This document shows positions 20,462-29,511 of a stretch of 64,000 nucleotides of DNA, piece by piece. The DNA comes from an uncultured Flavobacteriales bacterium (GTDB taxonomy: Bacteria > Bacteroidota > Bacteroidia > Flavobacteriales_D > Parvicellaceae). Below the pieces are notes generated by a model that did no database searches, had not been told where the DNA came from, and saw only the letters and a program-made list of their open reading frames with translations. Each line of letters starts with the position of its first letter. The stretch's first letter is position 1. Location: the NCBI GenBank assembly GCA_913042175.1, contig CAJWIX010000001.1:15231-79230 (forward strand), in the 5' to 3' direction. Position numbers and translations under genes: made by a program.

Positions 20462-21930
20462 GCACTGATTTTTTTCATCGCTATCATTGATTTTCTCAAT
20501 TCCTTGCCAATTATTTCAACAGGATGATTTCTGATTTCTTCATTTATTTTTATTAATTCTTGATTATCTACACCATTTTCAGATGTAAATTTTTGACCAA
20601 TATGTTTTGTTGTAATATTGGTGTAGAAATCGGCTAATAGTGGCTTACATGCATGGTCAAATAAGTAGCATCCATATTCTGCTGTATCAGAAATAATATT
20701 GTTCATTTCAAATAGTTTTTTCCTGGCTATTGTATTGGCTATAAGTGGAGCTTCATGAAGTGATTCATAATATGCTGAAGCATCTTTTATTCCAGCATCG
20801 GTCATGGTTTCAAAGGCCAACTCAACACCAGCTCTCACTAAGGCAACCAATAATAGCCCATGATCAAAATATTCTTGTTCACTTATGTTGTTAGAGGTAA
20901 CAGCCGTTTTTTCAAAAGATGTTTCACCTGTTTCTGCTCTCCACTTTAATAAATTCACATCATTATTTTTCCAATCTTCCATCATAGTTGAGGAAAAAGT
21001 TCCAGATAAAATATCATCCATATGATGATGAAATAAAGGTTTCATTATTTGCTTTAAGTCTTCAGATAAGCGATAAGCTTCAATTTTAGCTGGATTTGAT
21101 AGTCGATCCATCATGTTTGTTATACCACCATGCTTTAATGCTTCAGTTATTGTTTCCCAACCATACTGTATTAGCTTTGCTGCATAGGATGGTTCAATGC
21201 CTAATTCTACCATTTTATTAAAAGAAAGTATAGATCCAGTTTGAAGTACACCACATAGAATGGTTTGTTCACCCATTAGATCTGATTTTACTTCTGCAAT
21301 AAATGATGATTCTAATACTCCAGCTCGGTGTCCACCAGTCGCAACTGCATAAGCCTTAGCATAAGCTAGGCCATTTCCAAATGGATCATTCTTATCATGA
21401 ACAGCAATTAAAGTGGGTACGCCAAATCCTCTTAAATACTCTTGTCTTACTTCAGTTCCAGGACATTTTGGTGCTACCATAATTACTGTAATATCTTTTC
21501 TTATCTCAAGTCCTTCTTCAACAATGTTAAAGCCATGTGAATAAGATAAAATGGTATTTTTTTTCATTAACGGAATTACTGCGCTTACTACTTGGGTGTG
21601 ATTTTTATCAGGAGTTAAGTTAATCACCATATCAGCATCTGGGATCATTTCTTCATAGGTTCCCACACTAAATTCATTATCAACAGCATTTTGATGAGAC
21701 GTTCTATTGTTTTCAATGGCAGATTGTCTTAAAGCATAGCTAACATTTAAACCAGAATCTCGCATATTTAGCCCTTGATTTAGACCTTGAGCACCGCATC
21801 CTATTATTACAATTTTTTTATCCTTCAAAAGATTTACTTCGTCACTGAATTCATCTGAATTCATAAACCTACACTTACCTAATTGCAATTGTTGTTCTCT
21901 TATTGATAGTTTATTAAAGTAATTTTTCAT
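20458..21930 (-). CDS. ilvC: ketol-acid reductoisomerase, class II (long form)
   Basis: 490 aa. [17 protein letters not shown] Rossmann motif. The overall sequence resembles the long KARI form. Confidence 0.9.
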   Translation of the reverse strand: MKNYFNKLSIREQQLQLGKCRFMNSDEFSDEVNLLKDKKIVIIGCGAQGLNQGLNMRDSGLNVSYALRQSAIENNRTSHQNAVDNEFSVGTYEEMIPDADMVINLTPDKNHTQVVSAVIPLMKKNTILSYSHGFNIVEEGLEIRKDITVIMVAPKCPGTEVRQEYLRGFGVPTLIAVHDKNDPFGNGLAYAKAYAVATGGHRAGVLESSFIAEVKSDLMGEQTILCGVLQTGSILSFNKMVELGIEPSYAAKLIQYGWETITEALKHGGITNMMDRLSNPAKIEAYRLSEDLKQIMKPLFHHHMDDILSGTFSSTMMEDWKNNDVNLLKWRAETGETSFEKTAVTSNNISEQEYFDHGLLLVALVRAGVELAFETMTDAGIKDASAYYESLHEAPLIANTIARKKLFEMNNIISDTAEYGCYLFDHACKPLLADFYTNITTKHIGQKFTSENGVDNQELIKINEEIRNHPVEIIGKELRKSMIAMKKISA

Positions 21931-22454
21931 TATTTATTTTTTTCTAGTATTTCTGTTATTCTCATAGGTTCTTTAGTTACCGAAATTCTTCCTGATCTAA
22001 CAAATTGTAAAATTCCAAAAGGAGCTAAATCAGTATATAGTTTCTCAGTCTCTTCTCTTTTGCCTGTTTTTTCTATTACAAAATATTCTGGTGAAACCAT
22101 TACTATACTTGCATGACTGTTCTTTATAATTGTATGTACCTTTTTCTTTTGAAATAAGGCTTCTGTTTTTACCTTATATAATGCTGACTCTTGAAAAATA
22201 GTTTCTACATCGGTATGATAAAATGCAGCAATTACTTCTACTTGCTTTTCCAATTGAGTAATAACTTTTTTGATCAATTCTTCTTCTGTTTTAAGTACAA
22301 TTACAAAACGAAAAATATCTTCAATTTCACATGGTGAACTATTAATACTATCTATGCTTAGGTGTCTTTTTAGAAATATTGCAGAAATTCTATTTAGCAA
22401 GCCTAAATTGTTTTCAGTATAGATAGAAACGGTAAATTTTTTTACTTTTTTCAT
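21930..22454 (-). CDS. ilvN: acetolactate synthase small (regulatory) subunit
   Basis: ACT-domain N-terminus ([19 protein letters not shown]). Lies between ilvB and ilvC. TAATG overlap with ilvC. Confidence 0.8.
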   Translation of the reverse strand: MKKVKKFTVSIYTENNLGLLNRISAIFLKRHLSIDSINSSPCEIEDIFRFVIVLKTEEELIKKVITQLEKQVEVIAAFYHTDVETIFQESALYKVKTEALFQKKKVHTIIKNSHASIVMVSPEYFVIEKTGKREETEKLYTDLAPFGILQFVRSGRISVTKEPMRITEILEKNK

Positions 22455-24140
22455 TTATGATAATCTTATGTTAGAAACTGATTCTCCTGTTGGTATCATT
22501 GGAAAAACATTGTCTTCTTTTTCCACACAAACTTCTAAGAAACATGGCTTTTTTGATTGAATCATTTTTTTAACAGCATTTTTTAATCCAGATCTCTTAT
22601 CAACTTTTTCACCATCTATATAATATCCTTTTGCTATGGTGACAAAGTCAGGATTGACTAGTTCAGTAGATGCATATCTTTTATCAAAAAATAATTGTTG
22701 CCATTGTCTTACCATGCCAAGAAAATTGTTGTTTAATACAACTATCTTCACTGCAGCACCTGTTTGGAATATAGTTCCCAATTCCTGTATGGTCATTTGA
22801 TAACCACCATCGCCAATTATGGCGACTACTTCTCTTTCAGGCGCGCCCATTTTTGCACCCAAAGCAGCAGGTAATGCAAAACCCATTGTGCCCAACCCAC
22901 CTGATGTGATATTGGATTTTGACTGGTTGAATTTTGCATATCGGCAAGCGACCATCTGGTGCTGACCAACATCAGTAACTATTATAGCATCACCTTTAGT
23001 TTCTTCATTAATAGCGTGAATAACTTCTCCCATTGTCATTTCATCTTTTGTAGGGTGAAGGTCTTTTTCAATTACAGTTTGATATTCAATTTCATCACGT
23101 TTTCTAAATTCTTTTAGCCAATTTTCGTGGTTGTTTTTGTTTACTTTTTCCGTAATTTGAGGTAGTGTTTTTTTAATATTTCCCAAGACAGCAACATCTA
23201 CAGGAACATTTTTATTTACTTCTGCAGGGTCAATTTCAAAATGAATAATTTTTGCTTGTTTGGCATATCTATTTAAATCACCTGTAACTCTATCGTCAAA
23301 TCGCATTCCCATGGCAATGAGTAGATCACATTCGTTGGTGAGCACATTTGGTCCGTAATTTCCATGCATTCCTACCATACCAACATTGAGTGGATGTGCT
23401 GTTGGTAATGCAGATAGACCTAAAATAGTCCATGCCGCTGGAATTCCAGTTTTTTCAATAAAGTTTTTAAATTCTTCTTCTGCTTCACCTAAGATTACTC
23501 CTTGACCAAAAACTATTAGAGGTTTTTTAGCTTTGTTAATGAGATCTACAGCTGCATCTAATTCTTTAAGAGATGAACTAGGTTCCGGTTTATAACTTCT
23601 AACTTTAGTACAGGCTTGGTACTTAAAATCTATTAATTCAAATTGCGCGTCTTTGGTTATGTCAACCAATACAGGGCCTGGTCTACCAGATTTAGCGATA
23701 AAAAATGCTTTAGCTAAAACAGTGGGTATTTCTTCAGCTTTTGTAATTTGATAATTCCATTTTGTAATTGGTGTTGAAATACCAACGATGTCAGTTTCTT
23801 GAAAGGCATCTGAACCTAGTAGGTGGGAAGCTACTTGACCAGTAATACAAACCATAGGTGTTGAATCAATTTGAGCATCTGCAATTCCAGTGATTAAGTT
23901 TGTAGCACCTGGTCCTGAAGTAGCAAATACAACACCTGGTTTTCCAGATGACCTTGCATACCCTTGTGCTGCATGTGTTGCACCTTGTTCGTGCCTAACT
24001 AAAACATGTTTAACTTCTTTTTGATAATGATATAATGCATCATATATAGGCATAATTGCCCCACCTGGATATCCATATATTAAATCTACATTCTCCTCTA
24101 ATAAGCATTTTATGACAGCTTCTGATCCGGTTATTTTCAT
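22455..24140 (-). CDS. ilvB: acetolactate synthase large subunit (biosynthetic type)
   Basis: ThDP motif IGDGGYQM...NN, GYPGGAIMPIYDAL, 561 aa. Confidence 0.92.
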   Translation of the reverse strand: MKITGSEAVIKCLLEENVDLIYGYPGGAIMPIYDALYHYQKEVKHVLVRHEQGATHAAQGYARSSGKPGVVFATSGPGATNLITGIADAQIDSTPMVCITGQVASHLLGSDAFQETDIVGISTPITKWNYQITKAEEIPTVLAKAFFIAKSGRPGPVLVDITKDAQFELIDFKYQACTKVRSYKPEPSSSLKELDAAVDLINKAKKPLIVFGQGVILGEAEEEFKNFIEKTGIPAAWTILGLSALPTAHPLNVGMVGMHGNYGPNVLTNECDLLIAMGMRFDDRVTGDLNRYAKQAKIIHFEIDPAEVNKNVPVDVAVLGNIKKTLPQITEKVNKNNHENWLKEFRKRDEIEYQTVIEKDLHPTKDEMTMGEVIHAINEETKGDAIIVTDVGQHQMVACRYAKFNQSKSNITSGGLGTMGFALPAALGAKMGAPEREVVAIIGDGGYQMTIQELGTIFQTGAAVKIVVLNNNFLGMVRQWQQLFFDKRYASTELVNPDFVTIAKGYYIDGEKVDKRSGLKNAVKKMIQSKKPCFLEVCVEKEDNVFPMIPTGESVSNIRLS

Positions 24141-24143
24141 TTG

Positions 24144-25826
24144 TTAATTTTTATCTGTTACGCATCCATAAGATGCAGATGTTACACATTTTGCATATTT
24201 GTAAAGGCTGCCTTTTTTTACTTTTAATTCTGGCGCTTTCCATAATTTCATTCTTGATTCTAATTCAGACTCGTTTAATTCAAGATTAATTGTATTTTTT
24301 TCGGCATCAATAGCAATTATATCTCCATTTTCCACCAGAGCAATTGTTCCACCAACCTGTGCTTCTGGTGAAATATGTCCAACTACAAACCCATGAGTCC
24401 CTCCAGAAAACCTACCATCAGTAATCAATGCGACATCATTGCCTAACCCTGCTCCCATAATAGCTGCAGTAGGTTTTAACATTTCTGGCATTCCAGGACC
24501 TCCTTTTGGTCCTTCATATCTTATTACAACAACTTCTCCTTTTTTGACTTCTCCTTTTTTAATGCCATTGTTAGCTTCAACTTCGCTGTTAAACACTCTT
24601 GCTCTTCCTCTAAAGAAAACACCTTCTTTTCCTGTAATTTTTGCAACAGCACCATCTTTAGCTAAATTTCCTTTTAAAATTCTAATGTGTCCACTCTCTT
24701 TAATTGGACTATCTATAGAATGCAAAATGTTTTGTTCCTTAGTTAATCCTGGATAATCTTTAAGATTTTCAGCTAATGATTTACCGGTAACTGTTAAGGA
24801 ACTTCCGTCAATCATCTTAAGGTCTAACAAGTATTTTAGTACAGCTGCTGTTCCACCTACATGATGTAAATCTTCCATAAGATGTTTACCACTTGGTTTT
24901 AAATCAGCGAGATAAGGAGTCTTGTTGCTTATCATTTGAAAATCATCCAAGCTAAAAGAAATTCCTGCTGTGTGTGCAATAGCTAGTAGATGAAGAACTG
25001 CATTTGTCGAACCTCCCAATACAGTAATTAAGGTCATGGCATTTTCAAGTGAAGTTCTGGAAATAATATCACTTGGTTTAATGTTATTTTCAATTAAATA
25101 TTTCATGGAATTTCCAATTCTATGCACATCATCAAATTTTCCATTTGAAACTGCAGGAGTTGATGAATTGTTTGGTAAACAAAACCCCATAGCTTCTATG
25201 GCTGAGGCCATCGTGTTAGCCGTATACATTCCGCCACATGCTCCAGCTCCAGGACATGCGTTTTCAATAACACATTGAAATTCTTTTTGGTCTATTTTAC
25301 CCGCCACTTTTTGCCCCCATGCTTCAAAGGCTGATACAACATCTAATTTCTTTCCATTATATTTTCCAGAGGCAATGGTTCCTCCATAAACAAGAATACT
25401 TGGTCTGTCTAGTCTAAGCATGGCCATTAATGCACCTGGCATGTTTTTATCACAACCAACCACAGTTACAAGTCCATCATAACTCATGCCGCCCACAACA
25501 GTTTCCATTGAATCTGCGATAATATCTCTTGATGGTAATGAATATCTCATTCCTGCAGTTCCCATTGAAATACCATCACTTACTCCTATTGTGTTAAATA
25601 TTAGAGGAGTAAGATTTTCTTTTTTTATGGATGTCTTAATGTCTTTGGCAAGATCATTAAGATGCATATTACATGGATTGCCCTCATAACCAGTACTTGC
25701 AATTCCTATAAAAGGCTGATCTAATTCTTTTCGATTTAAGCCTATAGCATGTAGCATAGCTTGTGCAGCAGGTTGAGAGCTGTCGTTAGTAACGCTATAA
25801 CTATATTTCTTATAATTCTTATTCAT
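24144..25826 (-). CDS. ilvD: dihydroxy-acid dehydratase
   Basis: [25 protein letters not shown] and [11 protein letters not shown] motifs, 560 aa. Confidence 0.93.
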   Translation of the reverse strand: MNKNYKKYSYSVTNDSSQPAAQAMLHAIGLNRKELDQPFIGIASTGYEGNPCNMHLNDLAKDIKTSIKKENLTPLIFNTIGVSDGISMGTAGMRYSLPSRDIIADSMETVVGGMSYDGLVTVVGCDKNMPGALMAMLRLDRPSILVYGGTIASGKYNGKKLDVVSAFEAWGQKVAGKIDQKEFQCVIENACPGAGACGGMYTANTMASAIEAMGFCLPNNSSTPAVSNGKFDDVHRIGNSMKYLIENNIKPSDIISRTSLENAMTLITVLGGSTNAVLHLLAIAHTAGISFSLDDFQMISNKTPYLADLKPSGKHLMEDLHHVGGTAAVLKYLLDLKMIDGSSLTVTGKSLAENLKDYPGLTKEQNILHSIDSPIKESGHIRILKGNLAKDGAVAKITGKEGVFFRGRARVFNSEVEANNGIKKGEVKKGEVVVIRYEGPKGGPGMPEMLKPTAAIMGAGLGNDVALITDGRFSGGTHGFVVGHISPEAQVGGTIALVENGDIIAIDAEKNTINLELNESELESRMKLWKAPELKVKKGSLYKYAKCVTSASYGCVTDKN

Positions 25827-25854
25827 ACTTATTGTTTTTTCATAAAAATTGGGT

Positions 25855-25881
25855 AAAAAAAAAGGCCATCATTTGATGGCC
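25855..25881 (-). terminator. intrinsic terminator hairpin acting as a candidate ilv attenuator
   Basis: The minus strand reads GGCCATC-AAAT-GATGGCC followed by nine T. It ends 28 nt upstream of the ilvD ATG. Confidence 0.6.
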
Positions 25882-25905
25882 TTTTAAATATCTGTATACC
25901 ATCAG

Positions 25906-25968
25906 TTAGTTACTACCATTGATAATAATATTGCTAATAATGATGATTATGTTTTTTCTAATTTTCAT
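25906..25968 (-). CDS. ilv operon leader peptide (20 aa, 8 Ile)
   Basis: Own translation: ATG AAA ATT AGA AAA AAC ATA ATC ATC ATT ATT AGC AAT ATT ATT ATC AAT GGT AGT AAC TAA = MKIRKNIIIIISNIIINGSN. It sits between a -7 box and the terminator hairpin. Too short for the ORF track. Confidence 0.6.
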   Translation of the reverse strand: MKIRKNIIIIISNIIINGSN

Positions 25969-25975
25969 GAAGGTG

Positions 25976-26008
25976 CAAATCTAATGCATAATTTTTTACT
26001 TAAACAAA
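25976..26008 (-). promoter_or_regulatory. promoter for the ilv leader: -7 box TAGATTTG (25983-25976) and -33 TTTG (26008-26005)
   Basis: The minus strand reads TTTG-N21-TAGATTTG, then 7 nt, then the ATG of the leader ORF. Confidence 0.5.
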
Positions 26009-26009
26009 T

Positions 26010-27770
26010 TTATTGATCAATTAATTGTAAAAACCCCTCGTAGTTTTCTATTTCAGAAGGGGGTATTGTAAGCGGTTGAATGGAAATAAAATATAAGTAA
26101 TTACCAGCACTAGCTTTCATTCCAGAAGGAAGTCTGCCGTCCCATCCAGTTCCTATTTCATCTTCAAATAATAATTGCCCCCATCTGTTAAATATTTTCA
26201 TTGTAATGAGTTCAAAAGAGGTTCCTTTAACCTTGAATAAATCATTTTCTCCATCACTGTTAGGTGTAAATATATTTGGTATTAAAATGGAGTATGGTTC
26301 CCTTGGGCAAAAAACAGTGTTAAGTTGAAACTGATAAGAATTAGAACAGTTCATTGAATCAGTTCCAGTTACTATATATAATCCAGCTTCTGGAGCAATT
26401 ACAGGTACATTATCAATGATATTATTATTCCACACATAAGAATTAGCACCAATCCCATAAAGTGTGATGGTATCATCTTCACATACTGTAGTGTCTGTAA
26501 AATTACTAAATACTGTTGGAGCTGTATTAAAACTAAGATTAACATTAACAGTTGAGTCACATCCATTTAAAGCAGTGAAAATTTCTTGTCCATTTGAATT
26601 GTTAATGTCATAGATAGTTCCATTTACAATTAAAGTGTCATTGCTACATATAGTTGTGCCTAGAAATGATGAAATAGGAGGGTTTTGCGAAACAGTGATA
26701 TTCAAAATAGAATCACATCCATAAATACTTGTTAAGTTTTGTGTTCCAGTTGGATTAAATCCACCATATGCAAAGCCATTTATTACTATAGTTGAACCAT
26801 TACATATTGAAGTATCTATGATTATATTATGAGTTGGGTTTCCAGGATTTATTGAATTATTAATACTTGTATCACAATTGTTAAAAGCGTTATCAGTAAT
26901 GTATAAAGCATATGCTCCATCACTTAAATTTTGAATATTGTAATTTCCTTGACTTACTGCATTTAAATTTAGCGTTCCATTTACGGATACATTGTAATTG
27001 CTTGTTCCGTTAATGGTGAGGGTTATTTCTCCATCATTTTCGTTTTCGCAGCTTTCATGGGTAGTAACAGTTGAAGCAGTTAAATCGCAACAAATATCTA
27101 TATGGTAATATTTTGGTCCAATAATATCAGCACAAAGTCCAATTGCATTTGATTCAATGGTAGTCCATGTTTGTGTATTTAATTGAGTAATGAGATTGTT
27201 ATCATTGGTGTTTAAAGCATAGATAGAAAAAGTACCGGTATTAGATCCATAGTCTGATGCAGTAAAATTCCCAGTTGAGTTAAAACTTATTATTGCATTT
27301 GTGGTTGAATCCACCATAACATATAATTGTTGGTATCCACTTGATGAAGTATATCCTGTTGTTGAAACAACAATATCATCTCCCGAGCAAATAGTAATAG
27401 CTTGACAATTATCTACCACATAGTTTACAGGGCCAATAAGGTCAGCACAAGTAGCATTTATAGAAGTAGTAAAATTAGCCCATGAATTCCCTGTGGCTGA
27501 AGACATTAAAGTACCATCATTGGTGTTAACAGCATAAATTGATAAAGAACCAAAATAGGATGTTCCATAATCTGTGGATGAGAAATTTCCAGAAGTGTTA
27601 TGTGTAATGATTGTTCCAGCTCCATTTACCAATATATAATTTTGAACGTATCCAGCACTTGATTCATAACCAGTGGTACTTACATTTATAGAGGTCCCAG
27701 AACATATCGTGATTTGTCCTTGTAAAAAATGGACTTGAAATAAGAAAAGTAAAAATAGTATTCTTTTCAT
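26010..27770 (-). CDS. T9SS type B sorting-domain secreted protein, Cys/Asn/Thr-rich
   Basis: Signal peptide MKRILFLLFLFQVHFLQGQ. Duplicated N-terminal module. C-terminus: IPNIFTPNSDGENDLFKVKG...FNRWGQLLFE...GWDGRLPSG...AGNYLYF. Confidence 0.8.
   Translation of the reverse strand: MKRILFLLFLFQVHFLQGQITICSGTSINVSTTGYESSAGYVQNYILVNGAGTIITHNTSGNFSSTDYGTSYFGSLSIYAVNTNDGTLMSSATGNSWANFTTSINATCADLIGPVNYVVDNCQAITICSGDDIVVSTTGYTSSSGYQQLYVMVDSTTNAIISFNSTGNFTASDYGSNTGTFSIYALNTNDNNLITQLNTQTWTTIESNAIGLCADIIGPKYYHIDICCDLTASTVTTHESCENENDGEITLTINGTSNYNVSVNGTLNLNAVSQGNYNIQNLSDGAYALYITDNAFNNCDTSINNSINPGNPTHNIIIDTSICNGSTIVINGFAYGGFNPTGTQNLTSIYGCDSILNITVSQNPPISSFLGTTICSNDTLIVNGTIYDINNSNGQEIFTALNGCDSTVNVNLSFNTAPTVFSNFTDTTVCEDDTITLYGIGANSYVWNNNIIDNVPVIAPEAGLYIVTGTDSMNCSNSYQFQLNTVFCPREPYSILIPNIFTPNSDGENDLFKVKGTSFELITMKIFNRWGQLLFEDEIGTGWDGRLPSGMKASAGNYLYFISIQPLTIPPSEIENYEGFLQLIDQ
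27090..27713 (-). repeat. internal tandem duplication of a module of about 103 aa (coding)
   Basis: aa 20-122 (ITICSGTSINVSTTGYESSAGY...CADLIGPVNYVVDNC) and aa 125-227 (ITICSGDDIVVSTTGYTSSSGY...CADIIGPKYYHIDIC) are clearly alignable. Confidence 0.75.
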
Positions 27771-27779
27771 CTCAGCTTT

Positions 27780-29114
27780 TTAATTCCAACTACCTGCGTT
27801 AGCATTGCATGCATTGGTGCAAGAAATTGAAAGTTCAAATTGACCAGTTGCCGATCCATTTCCATCAACATAAATAAAATATTCTATTCCAATACTCGAT
27901 GTAAATGTGATTTCTGATGTTGTTCCACTTCCGCTATTGTTGTCACTTCCTATGCAATTCAGGTTACTACAAGATCCTGAGTAAACAAAGATTTCAGTGT
28001 CAAAATTAGTTCCGTTGTTGGATGTGCTCAAGGTGACATCAGAGCCATCACCAATGTACTTATACCAAACTCCTGCTCCAGTAATTAAACCACCACAACT
28101 TGGTGGTGCATCATTACTTGTAGCTAAGATGTTATTTGATGTGTCAATATCTCCACAATTTAAAATTATTGCATTATCACAAGAGTCATTATCTGGGTTT
28201 ATTGCAATTCCTGATTGTGCTTCCCAATAGTAATCACATAAGTCACCAGCCCAACCATCAATATAAACAAAGTAGTCTTGCCCAATTGTTAATGGATAAC
28301 TTCCGAATGATCCATCTGGAATGGTGAACGTTCCACTGCCTAATGCTGGATTTTCGCAAGCTATTTCTACCATATTATCTTGATCCCAACAATTTCCATC
28401 AAAAACAGCAAATTGAACTCCTTGGTTATTTGCACAGTTTTCAACAGTCCAGTCCAAAACTATAGTGTCATCTGCAGCAGTAAATTGAAGCCATGAATCA
28501 TTATTTGAAGATCCGCAAAAATTATCCGGCCCATTATCGGTTCCACCTGCATCTACAGTATAGTTACAATCTGTTGAACCATAATATGCTTGTGTTAAGT
28601 CAATACTTGGTGCGCTACAAGGAAAGTCCGCAGGTGCATTAGCACCAGAGCAATAGTTGGTTCCACCACCTCCACCACCTCCAAGAGTTCTATAAATCAT
28701 TACTTCAGTAGCAGAGGAATTAGTAGCACAAGGAAATTCATTTATGTGCAGATGTACTTCTCCTGTAATGGTAGAAGTCCAATTGATGTAAGAATTATTG
28801 CCACATCCAGTGTAGTCGTTGTTGTAGGCCAATAGATTTCCTGCGTCATCCCTAAGAGTTAGTTCAGTATCATATGTTGCGCTAACTCCGCCATAGGCTG
28901 AACATGTTGAAAATTCATATACATCTCCAGAAATCACATTAACTTTAATTACTTCTCCAGCCCAATTAACCATAGTTGCTGAAGACCATAGGCCTGTAAT
29001 AGGTGTGTAAGCAGAGGTGGGGTAAAAATTTGCTCCGTTGTTACATTGACTGTAATTGCTAGAAACTGAAAAAAATGCAACAAGAAAAATTATGCTTTGA
29101 GTTAATCTTTTCAT
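27780..29114 (-). CDS. secreted Cys-rich hypothetical protein, three beta-rich segments, no T9SS CTD
   Basis: Signal peptide MKRLTQSIIFLVAFFSVSSNYSQ. G7 linker (LGGGGGGGTNY). 444 aa. 5 nt and 9 nt gaps to its neighbours. Confidence 0.7.
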   Translation of the reverse strand: MKRLTQSIIFLVAFFSVSSNYSQCNNGANFYPTSAYTPITGLWSSATMVNWAGEVIKVNVISGDVYEFSTCSAYGGVSATYDTELTLRDDAGNLLAYNNDYTGCGNNSYINWTSTITGEVHLHINEFPCATNSSATEVMIYRTLGGGGGGGTNYCSGANAPADFPCSAPSIDLTQAYYGSTDCNYTVDAGGTDNGPDNFCGSSNNDSWLQFTAADDTIVLDWTVENCANNQGVQFAVFDGNCWDQDNMVEIACENPALGSGTFTIPDGSFGSYPLTIGQDYFVYIDGWAGDLCDYYWEAQSGIAINPDNDSCDNAIILNCGDIDTSNNILATSNDAPPSCGGLITGAGVWYKYIGDGSDVTLSTSNNGTNFDTEIFVYSGSCSNLNCIGSDNNSGSGTTSEITFTSSIGIEYFIYVDGNGSATGQFELSISCTNACNANAGSWN

Positions 29115-29119
29115 AATAA

Positions 29120-29458
29120 TTATTGTTTTAAATCATTAAAAAGTTGATCTGTAGATTTATATCTATTAAACCATGATTGTTTATACTGTAAAAATTCAGC
29201 ATACTTATCAGAGTCGTTGTTTTTAAAGTTTGTTACGTAATCCTGAACCTTTTTATATTGAGACGTTGATAGGAAAATGTAGTTCGATTGTTCCATTTGT
29301 CGGAATTCACTTACATATTCTGGATTTGATGATAAAAATGTTCTGATTTCGCTTTTAGCCTCTTCTGATGTGTTGGAAAAAACTAACTTAATATTATCGT
29401 TTTGAGCATGATAGGTAACACTCAAAAGGAAAAAAAGTGGAATAAATATCGCTTTCAT
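29120..29458 (-). CDS. small secreted hypothetical protein
   Basis: Signal peptide MKAIFIPLFFLLSVTYHAQ. 112 aa, the remainder predicted helical. First gene after a -7 box. Confidence 0.6.
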   Translation of the reverse strand: MKAIFIPLFFLLSVTYHAQNDNIKLVFSNTSEEAKSEIRTFLSSNPEYVSEFRQMEQSNYIFLSTSQYKKVQDYVTNFKNNDSDKYAEFLQYKQSWFNRYKSTDQLFNDLKQ

Positions 29459-29498
29459 TAAATCTAATTTGCTCTTTAGAAGATACTTAATTATTACG

Positions 29499-29506
29499 CA
29501 AATGTA
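29499..29506 (-). promoter_or_regulatory. -7 box TACATTTG upstream of the 112-aa / 444-aa / 586-aa gene string
   Basis: The minus strand reads TACATTTG 40 nt upstream of ATG 29458. Confidence 0.45.
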
Positions 29507-29511
29507 GAAGT

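Noticed and set aside
27771-27782. The 444-aa and 586-aa ORFs are in the same frame, separated only by TAA plus 9 nt. This could indicate a split gene, stop-codon read-through or a pseudogene.
   Set aside because: The downstream ORF starts with its own convincing signal peptide (MKRILFLLFLFQVHFLQGQ), so these are two separate genes. Sharing a frame has a 1-in-3 chance.
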